A stretch of DNA of 64,000 nucleotides from the human T2T-CHM13v2.0 reference genome, Homo sapiens: NCBI GenBank assembly GCA_009914755.4, contig CP086569.2:29408001-29472000 (forward strand), written 5' to 3'. The translations under genes and the position numbers were made by a program. This document shows, in pieces, positions 14,790 to 30,427 of the stretch (the first letter of the stretch is position 1; every line of letters begins with the position of its first letter). Under the pieces are notes generated by a model, which was not told where the DNA came from, did no database searches, and saw only the letters and a list, made by a program, of their open reading frames with translations.

Positions 14790-17700
14790 GACTGCAATAG
14801 AAAGGATTCGAATGGAATGAAAAAGAATTGAATGGAATAGAACAGAATGGAATCAAATCGAATGAAATGGAATGGAATAGAAAGGAATGGAATGAAATGG
14901 AATGGAAAGGATTCGAATGGAATGCAATCGAATGGAATGGAATCGAACGGAATGGAATAAAATGGAAGAAAACTGGCAAGAAATGGAATCGAAATGAATG
15001 GAGTGTTATGGAACGGACTCAAAAGGAATTGAATGTAATAGAATGGAGTGGAGTGGACTCGAATATAATGGACTGGAATGGAATGAAATCACATGGAATG
15101 GGAACGAATGGAATGGAATGGAAAGGAATGGAATCGAATGGAAAAGAATCGAATGGAAGGGAATGAAATTGAATCAACAGGAATGGAAGGGAATAGAATA
15201 GACGTTAATGGAATGGACTCGAATAGAATGGACACGAATGCTCAAATTGAATGGACTCGAATGGAATGGAAACGAAAGTAATGTCATCGAATGGAATTGA
15301 ATCGATTGGAATGAAATCGCATAGAATGGAGTGGAATCAAATGGAATTGAATCGAAAGCAAAGGAAGCGAATGGACTGAAATGAAATGGAATGGAATTGA
15401 ATGGAAAGTAATGCAATGGAATAGAATGGAACGAAATTTCACGGAATGGAATCAAACTGAATGGAATCAAATCAATGGAATATAATCAAATGGAATGGAA
15501 AGGAATTGAATGGAGTAGATTGGATTGGATGGGATTGGAATGAAATGTACTGGAAAGGACTCGAATTTCATGAAACGGAATGGAATGAATTGGAACGGAA
15601 TGGACTCGAATGGAATGGAATGTCATGGAATGGCATCAAATGGAATGACATCAAATGGAATGGAATCGAATGCAATGGAATGCTATGGAATGGAATGGAA
15701 TGCATTGGACTGGAATGTCCTCTAATGGAATGGATTCGAGTGGAATGGAATCGAATATAATGGAGTCGAATGAAATGGAATTGCAAGGAACGGGATCGAA
15801 TACAATGGAATATACCGGAATGTAATGTAATGAACTCGAATGTAATTGACTGGAATGGAATGTACATGAATGGAATGTAATCGAATGGAAAGTAATCCAA
15901 TGGAATAGAATCTAATGTAATAAAATCGACTCAGATACAGTAGAATATAATGGAATGGAGTGAAGTGCAATGGAATGGAACGGAATGGAATGCAATGGAA
16001 TGGAATGGAATGGAATGGAATGGAATGGAATGGAATGGAATGGAATGGGATGGAATGGTATGGAATGGATAGTAATGGACTGGAGTGAAATGGACTGGAA
16101 ATGAATGGACTCAAATTGAAAGGGCTCGAAAGGAATGGAGTCAAATGGAATGGTCTGGAATGGAATGAACACGAATGTAATGCAATCCAATAGAATGGAA
16201 TCGAATGGCATGGAATATAAAGAAATGGAATCGAAGAGAATGGAAACAAATGGAATGGAATTGAATGGAATGGAATTGAATGGAATGGGAACGAATGGAG
16301 TGAAATTGTATGCAGTGGAAAAGAATAGAATGGAATGCAAGCGAAAGGAAAGGAATGGATTGGAATGGAATGGAATTCATTGGAATGGAAGGTAATGTAG
16401 TGTAATGGACAGGCCTGGAATAAAGTGGAATGCTACGGTCTCGAATGGAATAAAAATGTATGGAATGGAATGCAATGAAACGGAATCGAATGTCATAGAA
16501 TGTAATGGAATGCAAAAAAATGGAATCCAAAATCATTGACTGGAAAGGCTGGGTGTCGAAAGGAATTGACTCCAATGGAATGGAATCGAATGGAATGGAA
16601 GTGAATAGAATCGAACTAAATCGAATGGAATGGAATTGATAGGAACGGAATGGAAAGGAATGCAATGATTTGGCATGGAATGGAATCGAATGGCATCGAA
16701 TGGAATGGAATGGAATGGAATGTATTAGAATGTAATGAACTTTAATGGGATGTACTCGAATGGATTCGACTGGAATGGAATGTTCTGGAAGTGAATGGAC
16801 TCCAATGGAATGGATTCGAAAGGAATGGAATCGAACGGAATGGAATCTAATGGAATGGAATTAAATGGAAATGAATCAAATTGAATAGCACGGGATTGAA
16901 TTGAATGGAATCGAATGCAATGGAATCTAATGAAACGGAAAGGAAAGGAATGGAATGGAATGGAATGGGCTGGAATGGAAAGGAATCGAAACGAATGGAA
17001 TGGAATCGAACTGAAGAGACTGGAATGGAATGCACTGGAATGGAAGGGAGTGTAATGGAAGGTTCTCGACAAAAATGGAATCGAATGGAATGGAATTGAA
17101 TGGAACGGAATAGAGTGGAATGGAATTGAATGGAATGGAATGGACTAGAGTGAAATGGAATCGAACCACAAGGAATGGACAGGAATAGAATGGTCTCGAA
17201 TTGAATGGAATCGTATGGAATGGCATCAAACGGAATGGAATGGACAGCCACGGAATGGAATGCACTCGAATGCAATGGAGTCGAAACTAATGGACTGGAA
17301 TAGAATGGACTCGACTGGTACGGACTCCAATGGAATGGAATCGAATGGAAGGGAATCGAAAGGAATGGACTCGAAGGGAAAAGACTGCAATGGAAAGGTC
17401 TCGAATGGAATGGAAATTAATGGAATGGAATGGAATCGAATGAAATGGAGTCAAAAGGAATGGAATCGAATGGCAAGAAATCGAATGTAATGGAATCGCA
17501 AGGAATTGATGTGAACGGAACGGAATGGAATGGAATCCAAAGGAATGGAATAGAATGGAATGGAATCGAATGGAAAGGACTCGAATGGAAATCACTCGAA
17601 TAGAATGCAATTTAATAAAATAGGATCAAATGTAATGGAATGGAATGGAAAGGAATCGAAACGAAAGGAATGGAGACAGATGGAATGGAATGGAACAGAG

Positions 17701-18348
17701 AGCAATGGTATAGAATGGAATGGAATCATCTGGAATGGAATTGAATGGAATGGAATAATATGAAATGGAATGGAATGGAATGGAATGCCCTTGAATTAAA
17801 TGGACTGGAATGGAATGGACTCGATCAGAGTGGAATGGAAAGTGTTGAGATAGAATGGAATGGACTCCTTTGGAATGGTGTAGTATGCAATGCAATCGAC
17901 TGGCAGGGAATCAAAAGGAATGTAATCGAATGGATTGGACTGGAATGCAATGGACTCGAATAGATTGGAAACGGAATGCAAAGGAATGGAATGGAATAGT
18001 ATGGAATGGAATGGAAAGGAATGGAGTGGAATAGACTAGAGTGGAATGGAATGGACTCGAAAGCAATGGACTGGAATGGAACTTTCTTGAATGGACTGGA
18101 ATCAAACGGAATGGAATGCAATGCAATCAAATGGCATGGAATAAAATAGAATGAAAGAGAATCAAATGGAATTGAATCGAATGGAATCGAATGGATTGGA
18201 AAGGAATAGAATGGAATGGAATGGAATTGACTCAAATGGAATGGACTAGAATGGAATGGATTCGAATGGAAGGCAAAGGAATGGAATCTATTGGAATGGA
18301 CTGTAATGGAATGGAATGGAAGGGATTGGAATGGACTCGAATGGAATG
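14790..18348. repeat. HOR unit 5, full length (3559 bp)
   Basis: Collinear with unit 1. Confidence 0.85.
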
Positions 18349-21300
18349 GACTGCAATAGAAAGGATTCGAATGGAATGAAAAAGAATTGAATGGAATAGA
18401 ACAGAATGGAATCAAATCGAATGAAATGGAATGGAATAGAAAGGAATGGAATGAAATGGAATGGAAAGGATTCGAATGGAATGCAATCGAATGGAATGGA
18501 ATCGAACGGAATGGAATAAAATGGAAGAAAACTGGCAAGAAATGGAATCGAAATGAATGGAGTGTTATGGAACGGACTCAAAAGGAATTGAATGTAATAG
18601 AATGGAGTGGAGTGGACTCGAATATAATGGACTGGAATGGAATGAAATCACATGGAATGGGAACGAATGGAATGGAATGGAAAGGAATGGAATCGAATGG
18701 AAAGGAATCGAATGGAAGGGAATGAAATTGAATCAACAGGAATGGAAGGGAATAGAATAGACGGTAATGGAATGGACTCGAATAGAATGGACACGAATGC
18801 TCAAATTGAATGGACTCGAATGGAACGGAAACGAAAGGAATGTCATCGAATGGAATTGAATCGATTGGAATGAAATCGCATAGAATGGAGTGGAATCAAA
18901 TGGAATTGAATCGAAAGCAAAGGAAGCGAATGGACTGAAATGAAATGGAATGGAATTGAATGGAAAGTAATGCAATGGAATAGAATGGAACGAAATTTCA
19001 CGGAATGGAATCAAACTGAATGGAATCAAATCAATGGAATATAATCAAATGGAATGGAAAGGAATTGAATGGAGTAGATTGGATTGGATGGGATTGGAAT
19101 GAAATGTACTGGAAAGGACTCGAATTTCATGAAACGGAATGGAATGAATTGGAACGGAATGGACTCGAATGGAATGGAATGTCATGGAATGGCATCAAAT
19201 GGAATGACATCAAATGGAATGGAATCGAATGCAATGGAATGCTATGGAATGGAATGGAATGCATTGGACTGGAATGTCCTCTAATGGAATGGATTCGAGT
19301 GGAATGGAATCGAATATAATGGAGTCGAATGAAATGGAATTGAAAGGAACGGGATCGAATACAATGGAATATACCGGAATGTAATGTAATGAACTCGAAT
19401 GTAATTGACTGGAATGGAATGTACATGAATGGAATGTAATCGAATGGAAAGTAATCCAATGGAATAGAATCTAATGTAATAAAATGGACTCAGATAGAGT
19501 AGAATATAATGGAATGGAGTGAAGTGCAATGGAATGGAACGGAATGGAATGCAATGGAATGGAATGGAATGGAATGGAATGGAATGGAATGGAATGGGAT
19601 GGAATGGTATGGAATGGATAGTAATGGACTGGAGTGAAATGGACTGGAAATGAATGGACTCAAATTGAAAGGGCTCGAAAGGAATGGAGTCAAATGGAAT
19701 GGTCTGGAATGGAATGAACACGAATGTAATGCAATCCAATAGAATGGAATCGAATGGCATGGAATATAAAGAAATGGAATCGAAGAGAATGGAAACAAAT
19801 GGAATGGAATTGAATGGAATGGAATTGAATGGAATGGGAACGAATGGAGTGAAATTGTATGCAGTGGAAAAGAATAGAATGGAATGCAAGCGAAAGCAAA
19901 GGAATGGATTGGAAAGGAATGGAATTCATTGGAATGGAAGGGAATGTAGTGTAATGGACATGCCTGGAATAAAGTGGAATGCTACGGTCTCGAATGGAAT
20001 AAAAATGTATGGAATGGAATGCAATGAAACGGAATCGAATGTCATAGAATGTAATGGAATGCAAAAAAATGGAATCCAAAATCATTGACTGGAAAGGCTG
20101 GGTGTCGAAAGGAATTGACTCCAATGGAATGGAATCGAATGGAATGGAAGTGAATAGAATCGAACTAAATCGAATGGAATGGAATTGATAGGAACGGAAT
20201 GGAAAGGAATGCAATGATTTGGCATGGAATGGAATCGAATGGCATCGAATGGAATGGAATGGAATGGAATGTATTAGAATGTAATGAACTTTAATGGGAT
20301 GTACTCGAATGGATTCGACTGGAATGGAATGTTCTGGAAGTGAATGGACTCCAATGGAATGGATTCGAAAGGAATGGAATCGAACGGAATGGAATCTAAT
20401 GGAATGGAATTAAATGGAAATGAATCAAATTGAATAGCACGGAATTGAATTGAATGGAATCGAATGCAATGGAATCTAATGAAACGGAAAGGAAAGGAAT
20501 GGAATGGAATGGAATGGGCTGGAATGGAAAGGAATCGAAACGAATGGAATGGAATCGAACTGAAGAGACTGGAATGGAATGCACTGGAATGGAAGGGAGT
20601 GTAATGGAAGGTTCTCGACAAAAATGGAATCGAATGGAATGGAATTGAATGGAACGGAATAGAGTCGAATGGAATTGAATGGAATGGAATGGACTAGAGT
20701 GAAATGGAATCGAACCACAAGGAATGGACAGGAATAGAATGGTCTCGAATTGAATGGAATCGTATGGAATGGCATCAAACGGAATGGAATGGACAGCCAC
20801 GGAATGGAATGCACTCGAATGCAATGGAGTCGAAACTAATGGACTGGAATAGAATGGACTCGACTGGTACGGACTCCAATGGAATGGAATCGAATGGAAG
20901 GGAATCGAACGGAATGGACTCGAAGGGAAAAGACTGCAATGGAAAGGTCTCGAATGGAATGGAAATTAATGGAATGGAATGGAATCGAATGAAATGGAGT
21001 CAAAAGGAATGGAATCGAATGGCAAGAAATCGAATGTAATGGAATCGCAAGGAATTGATGTGAACGGAACGGAATGGAATGGAATCCAAAGGAATGGAAT
21101 AGAATGGAATGGAATCGAATGGAAAGGACTCGAATGGAAATCACTCGAATAGAATGCAATTTAATAAAATAGGATCAAATGTAATGGAATGGAATGGAAA
21201 GGAATCGAAACGAAAGGAATGGAGACAGATGGAATGGAATGGAACAGAGAGCAATGGTATAGAATGGAATGGAATCATCTGGAATGGAATTGAATGGAAT

Positions 21301-21897
21301 GGAATAATATGAAATGGAATGGAATGGAATGGAATGCCCTTGAATTAAATGGACTGGAATGAAATGGACTCGATCAGAGTGGAATGGAAAGTGTTGAGAT
21401 AGAATGGAATGGACTCCTTTGGAATGGTGTAGTATGCAATGCAATCGACTGGCAGGGAATCAAAAGGAATGTAATCGAATGGATTGGACTGGAATGCAAT
21501 GGACTCGAATAGATTGCAAACGGAATGCAAAGGAATGGAATGGAATAGTATGGAATGGAATGGAAAGGAATGGAGTGGAATAGACTAGAGTGGAATGGAA
21601 TGGACTCGAAAGCAATGGACTGGAATGGAACTTTCTTGAATGGACTGGAATCAAACGGAATGGAATGCAATGCAATCAAATGGCATGGAATAAAATAGAA
21701 TGAAAGAGAATCAAATGGAATTGAATCGAATGGAATCGAATGGATTGGAAAGGAATAGAATGGAATGGAATGGAATTGACTCAAATGGAATGGACTAGAA
21801 TGGAATGGATTCGAATGGAAGGCAAAGGAATGGAATCTATTGGAATGGACTGTAATGGAATGGAATGGAAGGGATTGGAATGGACTCGAATGGAATG
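18349..21897. repeat. HOR unit 6, full length (3549 bp). Its HaeIII site is mutated (GGCC to TGCC at 19961–19964).
   Basis: Collinear with unit 1. The sequence reads 'ggacatgcctgg' where other units have 'ggacaggcctgg'. Confidence 0.85.
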
Positions 21898-24747
21898 GAC
21901 TGCAATAGAAAGGATTCGAATGGAATGAAAAAGAATTGAATGGAATAGAACACAATGGAATCAAATCGAATGAAATGGAATGGAATAGAAAGGAATGGAA
22001 TGAAATGGAATGGAAAGGATTCGAATGGAATGCAATCGAATGGAATGGAATCGAACGGAATGGAATAAAATGGAAGAAAACTGGCAAGAAATGGAATCGA
22101 AATGAATGGAGTGTTATGGAACGGACTCAAAAGGAATTGAATGTAATAGAATGGAGTGGAGTGGACTCGAATATAATGGACTGGAATGGAATGAAATCAC
22201 ATGGAATGGGAACGAATGGAATGGAATGGAAAGGAATGGAATCGAATGGAAAGGAATCGAATGGAAGGGAATGAAATTGAATCAACAGGAATGGAAGGGA
22301 ATAGAATAGACGGTAATGGAATGGACTCGAATAGAATGGACACGAATGCTCAAATTGAATGGACTCGAATGGAATGGAAACGAAAGGAATGTCATCGAAT
22401 GGAATTGAATCGATTGGAATGAAATCGCATAGAATGGAGTGGAATCAAATGGAATTGAATCGAAAGCAAAGGAAGCGAATGGACTGAAATGAAATGGACT
22501 CAAATTGAAAGGGCTCGAAAGGAATGGAGTCAAATGGAATGGTCTGGAATGGAGTGAACACGAATGTAATGCAATCCAATAGAATGGAATCGAATGGCAT
22601 GGAATATAAAGAAATGGAATCGAAGAGAATGGAAACAAATGGAATGGAATTGAATGGAATGGAATTGAATGGAATGGGAACGAATGGAGTGAAATTGTAT
22701 GCAGTAGAAGAGAATAGAATGGAATGCAAGCGAAAGGAAAGGAATGGATTGGAATGGAATGGAATTCATTGGAATGGAAGGGAATGTAGTGTAATGGACA
22801 GGCCTGGAATAAAGTGGAATGCTACGGTCTCGAATTGAATAAAAATGTATGGAATGGAATGCAATGAAACGGAATCGAATGTCATAGAATGTAATGGAAT
22901 GCAAAAAATTGGAATCCAAAATCATTGACTGGAAAGGCTGGGTGTCGAAAGGAATTGACTCCAATGGAATGGAATCGAATGGAATGGAAGTGAATAGAAT
23001 CGAACTAAATCGAATGGAATGGAATTGATAGGAACGGAATGGAAAGGAATGCAATGATTTGGCATGGAGTGGAATCGAATGGCATCGAATGGAATGGAAT
23101 GGAATGCAATGGAATGGAATGTATTAGAATGTAATGAACATTAATGGAATGTACTCGAATGGATTCGACTGGCATGGAATGTTCTGGAAATGAATGGAAT
23201 CCAATGGAATGGATTCAAAAGGAATGGAATCGTACGGAATGGAATCTAATGGAATGGAATTAAATGGAAATGAATCAAATTGAATAGCACGGAATTGAAT
23301 TGAATGGAATCGAATGCAATGGAATCTAATGAAACGGAAAGGAAAGGAATGGAATGGAATGGAATGGGCTGGAATGGAAAGGAATCGAAACGAATGGAAT
23401 GGAATCGAACTGAAGAGACTGGAATGGAATGCACTGGAATGGAAGGGAGTGTAATGGAAGGTTCTCGACAAAAATGGAATCGAATGGAATGGAATTGAAT
23501 GGAACGGAATAGAGTCGAATGGAATTGAATGGAATGGAATGGACTAGAGTGAAATGGAATCGAACCACAAGGAATGGACAGGAATAGAATGGTCTCGAAT
23601 TGAATGGAATCGTATGGAATGGCATCAAACGGAATGGAATGGACAGCCACGGAATGGAATGCACTCGAATGCAATGGAGTCGAAACTAATGGACTGGAAT
23701 AGAATGGACTCGACTGGTACGGACTCCAATGGAATGGAATCGAATGGAAGGGAATCGAATGGAATGGACTCGAAGGGAAAAGACTGCAATGGAAAGGTCT
23801 CGAATGGAATGGAAATTAATGGAATGGAATGGAATCGAATGAAATGGAGTCAAAAGGAATGGAATCGAATGGCAAGAAATCGAATGTAATGGAATCGCAA
23901 GGAATTGATGTGAACGGAACGGAATGGAATGGAATCCAAAGGAATGGAATAGAATGGAATGGAATCGAATGGAAAGGACTCGAATGGAAATCACTAGAAT
24001 AGAAAGCAATTTAATAAAATAGGATCAAATGTAATGGAATGGAATGGAAAGGAATCGAAACGAAAGGAATGGAGACAGATGGAATGGAATGGAACAGAGA
24101 GCAATGGTATAGAATGGAATGGAATCATCTGGAATGGAATTGAATGGAATGGAATAATATGAAATGGAATGGAATGGAATGGAATGCCTTTGAATTAAAT
24201 GGACTGGAATGGAATGGACTCGAACAGAGTGGAATGGAAAGTGATGAGATAGAATGGAATGGACTCGTTTGGAATGGTGTAGTATGCAATGTAATCGACT
24301 GGCAGGGAATCAAAAGGAATGTAATCGAATGGATTGTACTGGAATGCAATGGACTCGAATAGATTGGAAACGGAATGCAAAGGAATGGAATGGAATAGTA
24401 TGGAATGGAATGGAAAGAAATGGAGTGGAATAGACTAGAGTGGAATGGAATGGACTGGAAAGCAATGGACTGGAATGGAACTTTCTTGAATGGACTGGAA
24501 TCAAACGGAATGGAATGCAATGCAATCAAATGGCATGGAATAAAATAGAATGAAAGAGAATCAAATGGAATTGAATCGAATGGAATCGAATGGATTGGAA
24601 AGGAATAGAATGGAATGGTATGGAATTGACTCAAATGGAATGGACTAGAATGGAATGGATTCGAATGGAAGGCAAAGGAATGGAATCTATTGGAATGGAC
24701 TGTAATGGAATGGAATGGAAGGGATTGGAATGGACTCGAATGGAATG
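21898..24747. repeat. HOR unit 7, short variant (2850 bp) lacking about 710 bp (unit offsets ~600–1310)
   Basis: The deletion junction lies at about 22486–22500, 'gactgaaatgaaatgga|ctcaaattgaaaggg'. It fuses two reference ORFs into the single ORF 22282..22638. Confidence 0.8.
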
Positions 24748-27592
24748 GACTGCAATAGAAAGGATTCGAATGGAATGAAAAAGAATTGAATGGAATAGAA
24801 CACAATGGAATCAAATCGAATGAAATGGAATGGAATAGAAAGGAATGGAATGAAATGGAATGGAAAGGATTCGAATGGAATGCAATCGAATGGAATGGAA
24901 TCGAACGGAATGGAATAAAATGGAAGAAAACTGGCAAGAAATGGAATCGAAATGAATGGAGTGTTATGGAACGGACTCAAAAGGAATTGAATGTAATAGA
25001 ATGGAGTGGAGTGGACTCGAATATAATGGACTGGAATGGAATGAAATCACATGGAATGGGAACGAATGGAATGGAATGGAAAGGAATGGAATCGAATGGA
25101 AAGGAATCGAATGGAAGGGAATGAAATTGAATCAACAGGAATGGAAGGGAATAGAATAGACGGTAATGGAATGGACTCGAATAGAATGGACACGAATGCT
25201 CAAATTGAATGGACTCGAATGGAATGGAAACGAAAGGAATGTCATCGAATGGAATTGAATCGATTGGAATGAAATCGCATAGAATGGAGTGGAATCAAAT
25301 GGAATTGAATCGAAAGCAAAGGAAGCGAATGGACTGAAATGAAATGGACTCAAATTGAAAGGGCTCGAAAGGAATGGAGTCAAATGGAATGGTCTGGAAT
25401 GGAGTGAACACGAATGTAATGCAATCCAATAGAATGGAATCGAATGGCATGGAATATAAAGAAATGGAATCGAAGAGAATGGAAACAAATGGAATGGAAT
25501 TGAATGGAATGGAATTGAATGGAATGGGAACGAATGGAGTGAAATTGTATGCAGTAGAAGAGAATAGAATGGAATGCAAGCGAAAGGAAAGGAATGGATT
25601 GGAATGGAATGGAATTCATTGGAATGGAAGGGAATGTAGTGTAATGGACAGGCCTGGAATAAAGTGGAATGCTACGGTCTCGAATGGAATAAAAATGTAT
25701 GGAATGGAATGCAATGAAACGGAATCGAATGTCATAGAATGTAATGGAATGCAAAAAATTGGAATCCAAAATCATTGACTGGAAAGGCTGGGTGTCGAAA
25801 GGAATTGACTCCAATGGAATGGAATCGAATGGAATGGAAGTGAATAGAATCCAACTAAATCGAATGGAATGGAATTGATAGGAACGGAATGGAAAGGAAT
25901 GCAATGATTTGGCATGGAGTGGAATCGAATGGCATCGAATGGAATGGAATGGAATGCAATGGAATGGAATGTATTAGAATGTAATGAACATTAATGGAAT
26001 GTACTCGAATGGATTCGACTGGCATGGAATGTTCTGGAAGTGAATGGAATCCAATGGAATGGATTCAAAAGGAATGGAATCGTACGGAAAGGAATCTAAT
26101 GGAATGGAATTAAATGGAAATGAATCAAATTGAATAGCACGGAATTGAATTGAATGGAATCGAATGCAATGGAATCTAATGAAACGGAAAGGAAAGGAAT
26201 GGAATGGAATGGGCTGGAATGGAAAGGAATCGAAACGAATGGAATGGAATCGAACTGAAGAGACTGGAATGGAATGCACTGGAATGGAAGGGAGTGTAAT
26301 GGAAGGTTCTCGACAAAAATGGAATCGAATGGAATGGAATTGAATGGAACGGAATAGAGTGGAATGGAATTGAATGGAATGGAATGGACTAGAGTGAAAT
26401 GGAATCGAACCACAAGGAATGGACAGGAATAGAATGGTCTCGAATTGAATGGAATCGTATGGAATGGCATCAAACGGAATGGAATGGACAGTCACGGAAT
26501 GGAATGCATTCGAATGCAATGGAGTCGAAACTAATGGACTGGAATAGAATGGACTCGACTGGTACGAACTCCAATGGAATGGAATCGAATGGAAGGGAAT
26601 CGAACGGAATGGACTCGAAGGGAAAAGACTGCAATGGAAAGGTCTCGAATGGAATGGAAATTAATGGAATGGAATGGAATCGAATGAAATGGAGTCAAAA
26701 GGAATGGAATCGAATGGCAAGAAATCGAATGTAATGGAATCGCAAGGAATTGATGTGAACGGAACGGAATGGAATGGAATCCAAAGGAATGGAATCGAAT
26801 GGAATGGAATCGAATGGAAAGGACTCGAATGGAAATCACTCGAATAGAATGCAATTTAATAAAATAGGATCAAATGTAATGGAATGGAATGGAAAGGAAT
26901 CGAAACGAAAGGAATGGAGACAGATGGAATGGAATGGAACAGAGAGCAATGGTATAGAATGGAATGGAATCATCTGGAATGGAATTGAATGGAATGGAAA
27001 AATATGAAATGGAATGGAATGGAATGGAATGTCCTTGAATTAAATGGACTGGCATGGAATGGACTCGAACAGAGTGGAATGGAAAGTGTTGAAATAGAAT
27101 GTAATGGACTCCTTTGGAATGGTCTAGTATGCAATGCAATCGACTGGCAGGGAATCAAAAGGAATGTAATCGAATGGATTGGACTGGAATGCAATGGACT
27201 CGAATAGATTGGAAACGGAAAGCAAAGGAATGGAATGGAATAGTATGGAATGGAATGGAAAGGAATGGAGTGGAATAGACTAGAGTGGAATGGAATGGAC
27301 TCGAAAGCAATGGACTGTAATGGAACTTTCTTGAATGGACTGGAATCAAACGGAATGGAATGCAATGCAATCAAATGGCATGGAATAAAATAGAATGAAA
27401 GAGAATCAAATGGAATTGAATCGAATGGAATCGAATGGATTGGAAAGGAATAGAATGGAATGGAATGGAATTGACTCAAATGGAATGGACTAGAATGGAA
27501 TGGATTCGAATGGAAGGCAAAGGAATGGAATCTATTGGAATGGACTGTAATGGAATGGAATGGAAGGGATTGGAATGGACTCGAATGGAATA
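24748..27592. repeat. HOR unit 8, short variant (2845 bp)
   Basis: Same junction as unit 7 (fused ORF 25132..25488). Near-identical to unit 7. Confidence 0.8.
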
Positions 27593-30427
27593 GACTGCAA
27601 TAGAAAGGATTCGAATGGAATGAAAAAGAATTGAATGGAATAGAACAGAATGGAATCAAATCGAATGAAATGGAATGGAATAGAAAGGAATGGAATGAAA
27701 TGGAATGGAAAGGATTCGAATGGAATGCAATCGAATGGAATGGAATCGAACGGAATGGAATAAAATGGAAGAAAACTGGCAAGAAATGGAATCGAAATGA
27801 ATGGAGTGTTATGGAACGGACTCAAAAGGAATTGAATGTAATAGAATGGAGTGGAGTGGACTCGAATATAATGGACTGGAATGGAATGAAATCACATGGA
27901 ATGGGAACGAATGGAATGGAATGGAAAGGAAAGGAATCGAATGGAAGGGAATGAAATTGAATCAACAGGAATGGAAGGGAATAGAATAGACGGTAATGGA
28001 ATGGACTCGAATAGAATGGACACGAATGCACAAATTGAATGGACTCGAATGGAATGGAAACGAAAGGAATGTCATCGAATGGAATTGAATCGATTGGAAT
28101 GAAATCGCATAGAATGGAGTGGAGTCAAATGGAATTGAAACGAAAGCAAAGGAAGCGAATGGACTGAAATGAAATGGACTCAAATTGAAAGGGCTCGAAA
28201 GGAATGGAGTCAAATGGAATGGTCTGGAATGGAATGAACACGAATGTAATGCAATCCAATAGAATGGAATCGAATGGCATGGAATATAAAGAAATGGAAT
28301 CGAAGAGAATGGAAACAAATGGAATGGAATTGAATGGAATGGAATTGAATGGAATGGGAACGAATGGAGTGAAATTGTATGCAGTAGAAGAGAATAGAAT
28401 GGAATACAAGCGAAAGGAAAGGAATGGATTGGAATGGAATGGAATTCATTGGAATGGAAGGGAATGTAGTGTAATGGACAGGCCTGGAATAAAGTGGAAT
28501 GCTACGGTCTCGAATGGAATAAAAATGTATGGAATGGAATGCAATGAAACGGAATCGAATGTCATAGAATGTAATGGAATGCAACAAAATGGAATCCAAA
28601 ATCATTGACTGGAAAGGCTGGGTGTCGAAAGGAATTGACTCCAATGGAATGGAATCGAATGGAATGGAAGTGAATAGAATCGAACTAAATCGAATGGAAT
28701 GGAATTGATAGGAACGGAATGGAAAGGAATGCAATGATTTGGCATGGAATGGAATCGAATGGCATCGAATGGAATGGAATGGAATGCAATGGAATGGAAT
28801 GTATTAGAATGTAATGAACATTAATGGAATGTACTCGAATGGATTCGACTGGCATGGAATGTTCTGGAAGTGAATGGAATCCAATGGAATGGATTCAAAA
28901 GGAATGGAATCGTACGGAATGGAATCTAATGGAATGGAATTAAATGGAAATGAATCAAATTGAATAGCACGGAATTGAATTGAATGGAATCGAATGCAAT
29001 GGAATCTAATGAAACGGAAAGGAAAGGAATGGAATGGAATGGAATGGGCTGGAATGGAAAGGAATCGAAACGAATGGAATGGAATCGAACTGAAGAGACT
29101 GGAATGGAATGCACTGGAATGGAAGGGAGTGTAATGGAAGGTTCTCGACAAAAATGGAATCGAATGGAATGGAATTGAATGGAACGGAATAGAGTCGAAT
29201 GGAATTGAATGGAATGGAATGGACTAGAGTGAAATGGAATCGAACCACAAGGAATGGACAGGAATAGAATGGTCTCGAATTGAATGGAATCGTATGGAAT
29301 GGCATCAAACGGAATGGAATGGACAGCCACGGAATGGAATGCACTCGAATGCAATGGAGTCGAAACTAATGGACTGGAATAGAATGGACTCGACTGGTAG
29401 GGACTCCAATGGAATGGAATCGAATGGAAGGGAATCGAATGGAATGGACTCGAAGGGAAAAGACTGCAATGGAAAGGTATCGAATGGAATGGAAATTAAT
29501 GGAATGGAATGGAATCGAATGAAATGGAGTCAAAAGGAATGGAATCGAATGGCAAGAAATCGAATGTAATGGAATCGCAAGGAATTGATGTGAACGGAAC
29601 GGAATGGAATGGAATCCAAAGGAATGGAATAGAATGGAATGGAATCGAATGGAAAGGACTCGAATGGAAATCACTCGAATAGAAAGCAATTTAATAAAAT
29701 AGGATCAAATGTAATGGAATGGAATGGAAAGGAATCGAAACGAAAGGAATGGAGACAGATGGAATGGAATGGAACAGAGAGCAATGGTATAGAATGGAAT
29801 GGAATCATCTGGAATGGAATTGAATGGAATGGAATAATATGAAATGGAATGGAATGGAATGGAATGCCTTTGAATTAAATGGACTGGAATGGAATGGACT
29901 CGAACAGAGTGGAATGGAAAGTGATGAGATAGAATGGAATGGACTCGTTTGGAATGGTCTAGTATGCAATGCAATCGACTGGCAGGGAATCAAAAGGAAT
30001 GTAATCGAATGGATTGTACTGGAATCCAATGGACTCGAATAGATTGGAAACGGAATGCAAAGGAATGGAATGGAATAGTATGGAATGGAATGGAAAGAAA
30101 TGGAGTGGAATAGACTAGAGTGGAATGGAATGGACTCGAAAGCAATGGACTGGAATGGAACTTTCTTGAATGGACTGGAATCAAACGGAATGGAATGCAA
30201 TGCAATCAAATGGCATGGAATAAAATAGAATGAAAGAGAATCAAATGGAATTGAATCGAATGGAATCGAATGGATTGGAAAGGAATAGAATGGAATGGAA
30301 TGGAATTGACTCAAATGGAATGGACTAGAATGGAATGGATTCGAATGGAAGGCAAAGGAATGGAATCTATTGGAATGGACTGTAATGGAATGGAATGGAA
30401 GGGATTGGAATGGACTCGAATGGAATG
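27593..30427. repeat. HOR unit 9, short variant (2835 bp)
   Basis: Same deletion junction (fused ORF 27962..28318). Its private variants are shared with unit 11. Confidence 0.8.
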
